Shown: in pieces, positions 48,663 to 57,687 of the stretch
How the letters are laid out: each line of letters starts with the position of its first letter
How positions within the stretch are numbered: the first letter of the stretch is position 1
NCBI GenBank assembly: GCA_965200315.1
Contig: OZ241362.1
Location: 1,152,001-1,216,000, forward strand
From: Candidatus Latescibacterota bacterium
GTDB lineage: Bacteria > Latescibacterota > UBA2968 > UBA8231
Length of the DNA stretch: 64,000 bases
Reading direction: 5' to 3'
Translations under genes and position numbers: made by a program
Notes under the pieces: model-generated
Database searches by the model: none
What the model was told of the DNA's origin: nothing
Seen by the model: the letters and a program-made list of their open reading frames with translations, nothing else

Positions 48663-49247
48663 TTACCACCTAGTGCGCTCCACTTGTACTTCGGGGTGCG
48701 AGACAATTAAGTGCCATATAACGGCTTGGAATGATTCCGTCAGCGGCGTAACCACATCCGGCGCGACCGTCGGCACAATTGCGCAGGCATCGGCAACTTG
48801 GGCCGTAAAGCCGCCATCCCGCCCCACGATGCCGCAGATCGTGGCTCCGACCTCTTTGGCGTACTCCAGTGCTACAACCAAGTTGACGCTGGTATTCAGC
48901 GGGCGATTGCCGCCGCCGACGGACAAGACCAAGATCAGATCCTTTGCGCTTAAACGGCTGCCCTCCAGCCATTTGGCAAAGGCCGTATCCCAACCCTCGT
49001 CGTTGATGCGCGCCGTCAGCTCCGCGACGTTGTCCGTGGGTGCGTAGGACTCAATGCCAGCGATCTTGCGAAAGTCGTTGACCGCGTGGCTCGCATTGCC
49101 CGCGCTGCCCCCCACGCCGAGGATAAAGAGCCGCCCGCCGCGCTGACGAGTCTCGACGACGAGTTGGACTATCGCTTCTATCGCATTGCGATCTAGCTGC
49201 TTGATGACTTGAGTCGCCGCAGCCAAATACTGTTGGGTATAACTCAT
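48663..49247 (-). CDS. SIS-domain sugar-phosphate isomerase (GmhA-like)
   Basis: GVGGSAGNASHAVNDFRK, LTARIND.GW, LSVGGG, VGRDGG. Confidence 0.88.
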   Translation of the reverse strand: MSYTQQYLAAATQVIKQLDRNAIEAIVQLVVETRQRGGRLFILGVGGSAGNASHAVNDFRKIAGIESYAPTDNVAELTARINDEGWDTAFAKWLEGSRLSAKDLILVLSVGGGNRPLNTSVNLVVALEYAKEVGATICGIVGRDGGFTAQVADACAIVPTVAPDVVTPLTESFQAVIWHLIVSHPEVQVERTRW

Positions 49248-49256
49248 CCGCCACGC

Positions 49257-50012
49257 TTACAGGCTGTAGCCGGCGGCCGTGGCATCTGCGTAAAAGATCT
49301 GGACGGTCTCCAACGAGAACTGCCCCATTTCCTTGCCTAAGGTCGGCAGCTTCTTGATGATGTCGCTGGTGCAGGTGATGATGTGGCAGCCGATGCTGTC
49401 GGCTTGGACGACATTGTAAACCTCGCGGGGGCTGGCCCAGATGAGCTCGGCTTGGGGGTTGGACGCGAGCAGCTCGACCGACTCGGCCATGATTGGCATA
49501 TAGTCTAGCCCGGCGTCGGCGATGCGGCCGGCAAAGACCGACACGCAACACGATGCCCCACCCTCGACTGCGGCCGCCACTTCTCGCACTTGGTCGAGCA
49601 AAAAGATCGCCGTGACATTGACTTTGACCCCGGCGTGAGACAGCCGATGGACCAAGTCGTAGCTTACTTCGCCCTTGGTGTTGCTGACGGGGATTTTGGC
49701 GTACACGTTTTCGCCCCAAGTGGCGATCTCGCGGGCTTGGCGCTCCATGTCGTCGAACTCGTCTGAAAAGACCTCAAAAGAAATGTGGCGATCGGGAATG
49801 GCCGCGACTATGTCGTGGGCAAAGGCCCGGTAGTCGGTAACGCCCGCTTGGCGCATCAAGGTGGGATTGGTCGTAAACCCAGATACTAGCGGATTGGCAT
49901 AGCTCGCCAGCATACTCTCGCGGTCGGCCCCGTCGGCAAAAATTTTGACCGCGAGGTCGGCAGCGGTTTTTTCGTACGCCAACACTTGCGAAGTGAAAGT
50001 GAGAGTGGTCAT
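49257..50012 (-). CDS. tal: Transaldolase
   Basis: IFADGA, GFTTNPTL, ISFEV, YAKIP, VNVTAIF, SVFAGRIAD, WASPRE. Confidence 0.92.
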   Translation of the reverse strand: MTTLTFTSQVLAYEKTAADLAVKIFADGADRESMLASYANPLVSGFTTNPTLMRQAGVTDYRAFAHDIVAAIPDRHISFEVFSDEFDDMERQAREIATWGENVYAKIPVSNTKGEVSYDLVHRLSHAGVKVNVTAIFLLDQVREVAAAVEGGASCCVSVFAGRIADAGLDYMPIMAESVELLASNPQAELIWASPREVYNVVQADSIGCHIITCTSDIIKKLPTLGKEMGQFSLETVQIFYADATAAGYSL

Positions 50013-50190
50013 GGAATTGCTCCTTTAGATTCGCGATAGGCTTAAGTCTATTGATATTAAATATAAAACTCACTGCCGGAAAATTGCCGCAGCCCACGCA
50101 CGGGGCGGTTGGCAATAGTAAAACGCGTATCGTATAATTACAGGCAACCGCTGCATCTCACTTGCCATCCAATTAAATAGGGACTCTGCG

Positions 50191-51630
50191 ATGAAATGCC
50201 AATGGGCACTAGTCGGTTTGCTAATCGCCACCACCTGCTCGACAGCCGAGGTCCTCTCGCTGCAAGAGTGCATCGACTTGGCCATGCAAAACAACCTGCA
50301 ACACCAAAGGGACCAACAAACCCTAGACAACAGCCACATCCAACTGAAGGCGGCGCAAGCGCCTTTTACCTTCGGCATGGACGCCTCTGTCACCGCCCCT
50401 AGCTTCACGGAGCTGCGCGACACCCAAGAAAACGTCGCCCTCCAAACCCGAGTCCGCGAAGAGAATACCGATGTCTCCTACTCGGGCAACCTGCGCATGA
50501 CCCAGCGCCTACGCCACCTCGGCCAATTCACGCTGACCTCTGTGGCTCTGCGTCGCGACTTCTCGTCCAATCGCCGCGAGGACTTTCTCGATTATTCAGG
50601 TTCGACGCGCCTTGCTTACGAGCGCGACATATTCGGCCAGCCCAGCGAGGAGATCACGCTCAAGCGCGCCGAGCACAGTTTGCAAAGCGCCCGCCTCAAC
50701 TTCGATCGCCAGCGGCTCCAGCTAGAAGGCCAAGTCATCGACGATTACTACGACTTAGTGCAAAGCGTCCGCGAGCTCGAAATAGAGGAACAGCGCTTGG
50801 CGCAGTCGCGTGCCAACTTGGAACTGGCCCAGCGAAAATTTGAGGTCGGCCTCATCGCCGAAGTGGAAGCCCTGCGCCTACAGGTGGAAATGCTGCAGGC
50901 CGAGGCCACGTATGACCAAGCTCAAACCGCTATCGAACTGCGCCGCGACCTGCTCCGCGAAACCCTCGGACTCGACGTGTGGGCACCGCTCGAAATCGAC
51001 ACTGAGGTTCAGAACGAGATTTACCCCATCGACGCCCAAAGTGCCCTTGAAATCGGCTTGGTGCGCCGCACCGACATGAAACAAGCCGAGATTTTTGAGG
51101 AGATCAGAGCGTTGGACCTAGAGGAAACTCGCCGCCGCAACAGCATTAACGCAACCTTGGGTGCCAATGTCAGCATGCAGGGGCGCGGTCCAGAAATTGG
51201 CGATGTCAGCGACAATTTCGAGCGCAATCGATGGGGAGTCGATCTGCAGATAAGCCTGCCACTGATCGACAGCGGCCAGCGGCAGGCCAACATCAGCCAA
51301 GCGCGCATCGCCTTGGAGCAGAGCCGCATCGGACGCGAGCAGCAGCGCCGCCTAATCATCCAGCAAGTTCGCGACGCCACGCGCCGCGTCCACGAGGCCG
51401 AGCGCCAGATCAACCTGCGCCAAGCCACCCTCGAATTTGCCCAGCGCACCTATGACGTCGAACAGAGCCGCTTTGAACTCGGCTTGGCCGACAGCCAGCA
51501 ATTGCTCCAAGCCCAAGGCAACTTGACCCAAGCCCGGATCAACGCCTTAGCCGCAGTCATAGGCTACCAGCGCCAGCTCAAAAACGTGCGGCTCGCCACT
51601 ATGGCTGAGCTAAAAGAACTGGCGCCGTAG
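50191..51630 (+). CDS. TolC-family outer membrane protein
   Basis: Signal peptide, LSLQECIDLA..NN, duplicated YYDL/RKFEVG and RFELG helical repeats, ISLPLIDSG. Confidence 0.9.
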   Translation: MKCQWALVGLLIATTCSTAEVLSLQECIDLAMQNNLQHQRDQQTLDNSHIQLKAAQAPFTFGMDASVTAPSFTELRDTQENVALQTRVREENTDVSYSGNLRMTQRLRHLGQFTLTSVALRRDFSSNRREDFLDYSGSTRLAYERDIFGQPSEEITLKRAEHSLQSARLNFDRQRLQLEGQVIDDYYDLVQSVRELEIEEQRLAQSRANLELAQRKFEVGLIAEVEALRLQVEMLQAEATYDQAQTAIELRRDLLRETLGLDVWAPLEIDTEVQNEIYPIDAQSALEIGLVRRTDMKQAEIFEEIRALDLEETRRRNSINATLGANVSMQGRGPEIGDVSDNFERNRWGVDLQISLPLIDSGQRQANISQARIALEQSRIGREQQRRLIIQQVRDATRRVHEAERQINLRQATLEFAQRTYDVEQSRFELGLADSQQLLQAQGNLTQARINALAAVIGYQRQLKNVRLATMAELKELAP

Positions 51631-51654
51631 GCTTCCCAATCCCAATCCTCATAC

Positions 51655-51697
51655 AAAGGCGGCCCAAGCTTATTTGGAGCAACTTGGGCCGCCTTTT
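51655..51697. terminator. Bidirectional intrinsic terminator
   Basis: AAAGGCGGCCCAAG / CTTGGGCCGCCTTT inverted repeat between convergent genes. Confidence 0.8.
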
Positions 51698-51728
51698 GTT
51701 GGACTTGAATAACGCGCGGATTAAGCGC

Positions 51729-52217
51729 CTATTTGTCGTCTTCTGAATCCATCAGCGGATGCGAAAATTCTTCTATGTCCTCGCCAAACATTCGCCGTGG
51801 GCGCAGCCGGGTATAGGACGGAATCTGGTTTTGCTCTTCGGCCTCCTGACAGGACACGCACAGCCGCGCCGTGGGCAGGGCATCCAAGCGCGGCTTGGGA
51901 ATAAACGGACAGGTCGCGCACAGGTTTAAGGGTTTTTCAAGGCAGGCTTCGCACTTGCCATACGTCGTACCTTCTAACTTCTCGAGCGCCAGAATAACCT
52001 CTTCCAACTCGCGGCGCTCAGTATCACCCAGCGCCACCAAAAGCTCCATGGCCCCGGCCTCAACCGCTCGGTCGAGATCGTCGGCCTTGGGGTCTTGCAG
52101 CTCGTCGATTTCATGCTCGGTGCCGTCCAGATCGCTGAGCAATTCAGCGCGGCGCACCAAGAGCCTCTTCTTTATTCTTTCTCGATCTCGCTTGTTGAGG
52201 GCCACCTTTTTGGCCAT
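51729..52217 (-). CDS. TraR/DksA family transcription factor
   Basis: Coiled coil with DDLD tip, GTTYGKCEAC...RLDALP.ARLCVSCQE. Confidence 0.88.
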   Translation of the reverse strand: MAKKVALNKRDRERIKKRLLVRRAELLSDLDGTEHEIDELQDPKADDLDRAVEAGAMELLVALGDTERRELEEVILALEKLEGTTYGKCEACLEKPLNLCATCPFIPKPRLDALPTARLCVSCQEAEEQNQIPSYTRLRPRRMFGEDIEEFSHPLMDSEDDK

Positions 52218-52261
52218 AGTTTTCTCCCCTTTAACTGGCTCAAAGCCAGTGGATTACCCGC

Positions 52262-54028
52262 TCAAATGCCCGCTGCCTGCAAGCGGAAAACCGCCGCGGC
52301 CAACGGATCTAACTCCGCGGCCAGCCGCCCGTTGGCCAGCGTTGGCACCGCCTGCCCGTGGAGCACTTCGGCCCGCCCCATGGGCGGCAAGCCTTCTAGG
52401 CGCAAATCGAGCGGGCGCGGATCTTCGGCGACATTGACGGCAAACACGTAAAAATCGCGTTTGTATTCTTTAACCGCCACTTTAATCCCGGCATCGGTCG
52501 GTTGTGCCGCCAAACTGTGCTCCTCCTGCAAAAGCACCGGACCTAATTCGGCAAGCTCGGCCGCGAGGCGCTGTACTTCTCGCCACAAGGCCAAGGGCTG
52601 GATGTGACGTTCGTTTTCTTGGCAATAGCGGTAAAACAACACCCCCTTGGCCCCTTCGACCAGCCCTTGATAGACCATGTTCCGCAACTCGGCCGCCGTC
52701 GGCGAGCGAGCCCAGTGCTCTACGCCGCCAAAGGCCTGGGCGATAAACCAGACGGGCTTGCGCTCCAGCGAGGTCCAGCGCGCCCGCTGCATGTAGTCGC
52801 CCACCTGAGTGATGGGATAATTCGGAACCGGATAGACATCTATGGCCAAGATATCGCTAGCATCCGAATATGCGGCGTACGTGTGCGGCCGGTTGTTGAC
52901 TAAATAGACCGGATGATATGGATCGAGTTCCCGAATTAGCTCGTATATCGCCGCGGCAGACTCAGGAGCCATTTTGGTCTCGTCTGGCTCGTCAACCAGA
53001 TACCACGCCAAGAGCGCCGGATGCTGGCGATAGCGTTTGACGAGAGCGGCAATGGCCCGATAATCCGGCTCGGGCTTGCGCCGGGCGTACTCGGTCAGCT
53101 CTAGGAGTATCTGCACCCCCTCTGCGGCGGCCGCATCCATCAGCGCGGCGACCTCTTCTCCACGCAGCTTGTAGAAGTAATCCCCGGAATTGAAATGTAG
53201 CTGGCGCATTGGAGCGAGGATGTCCGCCCGCAGCCAGTACAGCCCAATGGGAAAAAACGGCTCGCCATCGACGAGCAAGGACTGGCTGAACAGGTCGATT
53301 TTCACCTCGCGTACGGCTGGTGCAAACTTCTCGCAAGCCGCGACCAGCGAATCCGCACCGCCGACCGGGTCCATCCATCGCGCCACCAACTCATAACGCC
53401 CTGCGGGCAAGGCGTCTGCGGCAAAGGACCCAGCGACCTCCTGCCCGATCACGTTTACATCCAAGCGAGCCAAGACCTCGCCGCCGCGCTGCAACTCGAC
53501 CGTTGCGGGGATGGTCGTATCAGCGCGGCGATTGCGCCGCAGCCGGAAGCGGATCTCATCCTCTACGGTATAATACGAGCGATCGCCCGAAAGCTCCCAA
53601 GCGGGCCGGGCAAACAGGCGCAACTCTTCGACCACGTGGATAGGTGTGTCGATTTCTGGATCGTATAGCCGCAGAGCAGCGCGGTGTATGCCAGCTTCTG
53701 TCAGCCGATACGGCAGCGCATAACGCACGAGACGCTCCTGTGGCACCTGCAACCGGTGCTCGACCTTGCGCTGCTCGCCCGAAGGGGTTTCCCATTCCAG
53801 CAGAGCTATCAGCAGGCGCGAACCAGTACCCGGCCTGAACAACTGCAAGTCGAGCAGGTTGTCGCCTACTATGGGTAGCTGTTCTTGGATGATCTGGACC
53901 GTCGGCACATCGGGCGTCGCCTTGGGAGCCATTTGCCCGCAAGCACTCAACCATGCCAACAGGGCAAAGTAAAAGGGCCGGGAGACAGCACCCCTCGGCC
54001 CATCCCTCGGCAGCAATTGCTCCTTCAA
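52262..54028 (-). CDS. Lipoprotein with putative glycoside-hydrolase TIM barrel
   Basis: Lipobox LSAC; LLVDGEPFFPIGLY, HPALLAWYLVDEP, IRELDPYHPV, DILAIDVYP, PVWFIAQAF, GAKGVLFY. Confidence 0.75.
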   Translation of the reverse strand: MKEQLLPRDGPRGAVSRPFYFALLAWLSACGQMAPKATPDVPTVQIIQEQLPIVGDNLLDLQLFRPGTGSRLLIALLEWETPSGEQRKVEHRLQVPQERLVRYALPYRLTEAGIHRAALRLYDPEIDTPIHVVEELRLFARPAWELSGDRSYYTVEDEIRFRLRRNRRADTTIPATVELQRGGEVLARLDVNVIGQEVAGSFAADALPAGRYELVARWMDPVGGADSLVAACEKFAPAVREVKIDLFSQSLLVDGEPFFPIGLYWLRADILAPMRQLHFNSGDYFYKLRGEEVAALMDAAAAEGVQILLELTEYARRKPEPDYRAIAALVKRYRQHPALLAWYLVDEPDETKMAPESAAAIYELIRELDPYHPVYLVNNRPHTYAAYSDASDILAIDVYPVPNYPITQVGDYMQRARWTSLERKPVWFIAQAFGGVEHWARSPTAAELRNMVYQGLVEGAKGVLFYRYCQENERHIQPLALWREVQRLAAELAELGPVLLQEEHSLAAQPTDAGIKVAVKEYKRDFYVFAVNVAEDPRPLDLRLEGLPPMGRAEVLHGQAVPTLANGRLAAELDPLAAAVFRLQAAGI

Positions 54029-54795
54029 GACGACCTGCCAGCTTGCTCGGTTTCGAGCGAACGCAAGCGATCCCTAAGCGAGGCGGCCAGCTCAAATCGC
54101 TCCGCTTCGACTGCGGCCTGTAGATCAGCCGTCAATCGCTCTCGCAATGTGCGCGGTCGCGTACTTTCCACCTCGCTCGCCCACTCGCTCAAAAAGAGTA
54201 GCTCAGGGCACTCGTCGAGCTGGTCCAGTTGACCAATTTTGGCGAGAAATTCCTCAATTTCGCCGATGCCCCGGCGGATCTCAGCTAGGGCCTCGGCGTA
54301 GTTTTCTGCCTCTAGACACGCCAGCGCTCGCGCCTGCACCCGATGCGCCGTGACAAAGACTCGGTATTGTTCGGCTAATTGACGATCCTCGTCCTCTTCG
54401 GCGTATTCGTAGCACAAGTCGAGAATGGCGAGGTTGTGCTTGGCGTCCTCTTCGGCTCGCTGGTATTCCTTCAGTTCAAAAAAACCGATCCGCCGCCAGT
54501 AGTATTTCATGGCCTCTTGGGCCAACTCGGAACAATCCTCGTGCGAGAGGCTAAAGGTGCCCGGGCCGTGTGCTTTTTCCCACTCGCGTCGCTTTTGGCA
54601 GTAGTAATCCAACAGCGACACATAGCCATGCGGACGGAGTGCGTCGGGACGGCCCCGCCACTCTAGCTGCATCAAGCCCATATCCATGCGGATTTGGAGC
54701 TTGGCGCTGCCGTTGCCGCCTCGTATCTTGCGCACACTCAACTCGCCTGGAGCGTACTTCCAATCGCCGAGGATCGGGCCGATATCGCGTTCCAT
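54025..54795 (-). CDS. UvrB/UvrC (UVR) motif-containing protein, paralog 2
   Basis: MERDIGPILGDW, KLQIRMDMGLMQLEWRGRPDA.RPHG, LQAAVEAERFELAASLRDRL. Confidence 0.85.
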   Translation of the reverse strand: MERDIGPILGDWKYAPGELSVRKIRGGNGSAKLQIRMDMGLMQLEWRGRPDALRPHGYVSLLDYYCQKRREWEKAHGPGTFSLSHEDCSELAQEAMKYYWRRIGFFELKEYQRAEEDAKHNLAILDLCYEYAEEDEDRQLAEQYRVFVTAHRVQARALACLEAENYAEALAEIRRGIGEIEEFLAKIGQLDQLDECPELLFLSEWASEVESTRPRTLRERLTADLQAAVEAERFELAASLRDRLRSLETEQAGRSS

Positions 54796-54957
54796 AATGG
54801 GTGAAAACCTCGAATTATACTTGGCCTTTCGGCCGGGGGTAAACAGACGAACCAAGCGTTCGCGTATCCCGCCCTCAACAAGGCGGGCCTAGCGCGTATC
54901 TCGGTGATTTTCGGATAGAACCGTCCTATTATATGCGCTTGGCGTACCCTTGTCAAC

Positions 54958-55806
54958 TCACAGGTCGGAGGCCGTGGAATCAGCTTCTACCACCGGCGGA
55001 GCACCTGTGATTTCGCTTATTATGGCCAGTAGCTCTTTGCGTAAGGTCGGTCGGCTCACGCGCAAACTGTCTAGGTGATTTTCAATCACTGGAATGGCGT
55101 CCTCCCCCACGGCTGTAAGCGCCTGATGGGTTAGGGTGCGCTCCTCGGGCGTGGGATCGTGTTCCATCTGCGTAGGCTCAATGGGTGTGCCGAACATACT
55201 CACCCGGGGCTGGCCCCCTTCCCCAAAGGGATCCAACCCTACGTTTGGATAGCGCCGCGGGCCATCCGTGGAGTCGGGGTGCGTCCGTCCGTAGGGGAAG
55301 TAAGGGGATAGCTCCTCGCCGGTGAATACCCCCCGGCGAGTTTGCTGCTCAGAGCGCAGGGTGAGTACGTCGTAATAGTCGAGGGCATTGACCAAAATTT
55401 CAGCCGCCTTAGCCCCCCCCATCTGCCCGAGCGCTTCAATGGCGGCCATCCGCAGTTCCGAGTCGGCCGTATTGAGCGAATAATTGAGCAGCCTCCCTAT
55501 ATCCAAGGCCGCGCTCTGGTCGCCGATGGTGCCCAAAGCGCGAAGCGCGTCCTGCTTGAGCGTGGTGCGCTGGTCGTAGTCTTGAAGCGCCATTTTCAGC
55601 ACGGGCACGGCTCGCGGATCGCCGATCTCGCCGAGAATGCGCGCGGCCTTGCGCCGCGTGGCATAGGGATAGTCCTGGCGGGAAACGATCTCCATAATGC
55701 GATCTAACTGCGAGTGGTCGCCCGCCTGATAGAGCTTGTGCATCTGATTGACATTCGTGCAACCCAAGAGGGCCAAAACGACCGCCAAAAGCGCGATCCT
55801 ATCCAT
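54958..55806 (-). CDS. HEAT-repeat lipoprotein
   Basis: Lipobox LLGC; RRKAARILGEIGDPRAVPVL, ALRALGTIGD, RMAAIEALGQMG. Confidence 0.85.
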   Translation of the reverse strand: MDRIALLAVVLALLGCTNVNQMHKLYQAGDHSQLDRIMEIVSRQDYPYATRRKAARILGEIGDPRAVPVLKMALQDYDQRTTLKQDALRALGTIGDQSAALDIGRLLNYSLNTADSELRMAAIEALGQMGGAKAAEILVNALDYYDVLTLRSEQQTRRGVFTGEELSPYFPYGRTHPDSTDGPRRYPNVGLDPFGEGGQPRVSMFGTPIEPTQMEHDPTPEERTLTHQALTAVGEDAIPVIENHLDSLRVSRPTLRKELLAIISEITGAPPVVEADSTASDL

Positions 55807-55888
55807 GGCTGGCTCCTTTGTCTATCCCCTTGCCGCGAGGAGGTCTTTCCTCTATACTTGAAATTTCCACTACGCAGCAGGAACTTCA

Positions 55889-56680
55889 GTGAACGCCCCA
55901 CAAACCCACAACCGCCAACCCATTCCCGGCATTAAAGATACACTAGCCATATCCAGCGGCAAGGGCGGCGTCGGCAAGTCCACTCTCTGCGCCAACTTGG
56001 CCGTGAGCTTGGCCCACCAAGGGCTACGGGTCGGCTTGCTCGACGCCGACATCTACGGCCCCAACATCCCGGGCCTGCTCGGCCTAGCGGGCCGACCGAC
56101 CGCGGACGACGGCCACATCCAGCCTTTATCTACTCACGGCCTCAAAGCCATTTCCATGGGGCTGCTAATCGATTCGGGCACCCCGGTCGTGTGGCGCGGC
56201 CCCATGCTGGCCAAGATGATGCACCAATTCCTCTTCAACGTCACTTGGGGCGAACTCGATTTGCTGCTCATAGATTTACCCCCTGGGACCGGAGACGTAC
56301 AAATCACGCTGACCCAAGTAGCACCCTTGACTGCGGCCTTAATCATCACTACGCCCTCGGCCATTGCCCTCGAAGACGTGCGTCGCGGCGTCGAAATGTT
56401 CCGCCAGACCGACGTACCCATCGTCGGCTTGGTCGAGAACATGAGCTATTTCCACTGCGACGACTGCGGCCATACCGACCCCATCTTCGGAGCCGGAGGA
56501 GGCCGCGCCACAGCCAGTCGCTTGGACATTCCCTATCTAGGCGAAATTCCGCTCGATCCCCTCGTCCGCCGCCAAGCCGACGCCGGCGATCCGGTGGTAA
56601 AGGCGCATCCCCATGCCGAGGGCAGTCAAGCCTTGGCCAGCCTAGCCGCCGACATCGGCACTTATTTCCAGCGCACATGA
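55889..56680 (+). CDS. mrp: Mrp/NBP35 (ApbC) Fe-S carrier ATPase
   Basis: SSGKGGVGKST, DADIYGPNIP, VWRGPM, DLPPGTGD, ENMSYFHCDDCG. Confidence 0.93.
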   Translation: MNAPQTHNRQPIPGIKDTLAISSGKGGVGKSTLCANLAVSLAHQGLRVGLLDADIYGPNIPGLLGLAGRPTADDGHIQPLSTHGLKAISMGLLIDSGTPVVWRGPMLAKMMHQFLFNVTWGELDLLLIDLPPGTGDVQITLTQVAPLTAALIITTPSAIALEDVRRGVEMFRQTDVPIVGLVENMSYFHCDDCGHTDPIFGAGGGRATASRLDIPYLGEIPLDPLVRRQADAGDPVVKAHPHAEGSQALASLAADIGTYFQRT

Positions 56681-57687
56681 ACCGCGTCCAAATCGCCTGC
56701 GTTGGCGCGGGGTATTGGGGCAAAAACCTAGTGCGCGTCTTCCGCGACTTGCCCGACGTGCATCTGCGCCACGTCTGCGATGCCAGCCCGGAAATTCGCC
56801 GCGCCATTCAGCGCCAGTACCCAGAAGCCCCCATCACCGCCAACTACGACGAGGTGCTCGGCGACGACGCGCTCGATGCCGTAGTACTGGCCGTACCGGC
56901 CGCTCAGCACTACGAATTGGCCCGCCGTGCCCTAGAGCGGGGCAAGCACGTGTACGTCGAAAAGCCCATGACTCTCAACGCGATCACGTCGGCTCACTTG
57001 GTCGAACTAGCCGCCGAGCGGGACCGGGTGCTGATGGTCGGGCACCTGCTGAAGTACCACCCAGCCGTGCAAATGCTGCATGATTTAGTACGGGAAGGCG
57101 CACTAGGCGACTTGTATTATCTGTACTCCCAGCGCGTCAACTTGGGCATTGTCCGCCGCGACGAAAATGCCCTGTGGAGCTTGGCACCACACGATATATC
57201 GGTCATCCTGTACCTGCTCGGCCAAGAGCCGGACGCGGTCAGCGCCCGCGGCGAGTGCTATCTACAACCCGACATCGAAGACGTGGTCTTCGCCAATTTG
57301 CACTTTGCCGATGGCAAGATGGCGCAGATGCAGCTTTCTTGGCTCGACCCGCACCGCATCCGCCGCCTGACCGTGGTCGGCAGCCGCAAAATGGCGGTCT
57401 TTGACGATGTGGAAAGCACGGAAAAGGTGCGCATCTACGACAAATCGGCCGAGCGGCCGCAATACGATTCTTACGGCGACTCCATCGCCCTGCGCTTTGG
57501 CGATGTCGTCATTCCGCGGCTGCAAATGGCCGAGCCGCTCAAGCTGGAGTGTCAGCACTTCGTCGAGTGCGTACGCACTGGCCAAGCACCCCGCAGCGAT
57601 GGCCGCGACGGCCTGCGCGTCGTGCGCGTGTTGGAGGCCGCACAGGCGTCGCTGCGCCAAGCCGGCACCCCCGTGCCGCTGCGCTAG
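56677..57687 (+). CDS. Gfo/Idh/MocA family oxidoreductase
   Basis: VGAGYWGKNL, GKHVYVEKP, LMVGH, WSLAPHD, SWLDP; ATGA overlap with mrp. Confidence 0.93.
   Translation: MNRVQIACVGAGYWGKNLVRVFRDLPDVHLRHVCDASPEIRRAIQRQYPEAPITANYDEVLGDDALDAVVLAVPAAQHYELARRALERGKHVYVEKPMTLNAITSAHLVELAAERDRVLMVGHLLKYHPAVQMLHDLVREGALGDLYYLYSQRVNLGIVRRDENALWSLAPHDISVILYLLGQEPDAVSARGECYLQPDIEDVVFANLHFADGKMAQMQLSWLDPHRIRRLTVVGSRKMAVFDDVESTEKVRIYDKSAERPQYDSYGDSIALRFGDVVIPRLQMAEPLKLECQHFVECVRTGQAPRSDGRDGLRVVRVLEAAQASLRQAGTPVPLR

Noticed and set aside
50153-50167. Possible sigma-54 element TGGCAAGTGAGATGC on the minus strand upstream of tal
   Set aside because: GG-N10-GC spacing fits, but the -12 TTGC and CACG core match poorly; could be chance
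56191-56676. N-terminal extension of the 498-aa Gfo/Idh/MocA ORF (likewise for ureG, urtD, the Rid protein and ComD/E ORFs)
   Set aside because: Extensions overlap upstream genes and are Arg/Pro-rich off-frame sequence; downstream starts fit family N-termini
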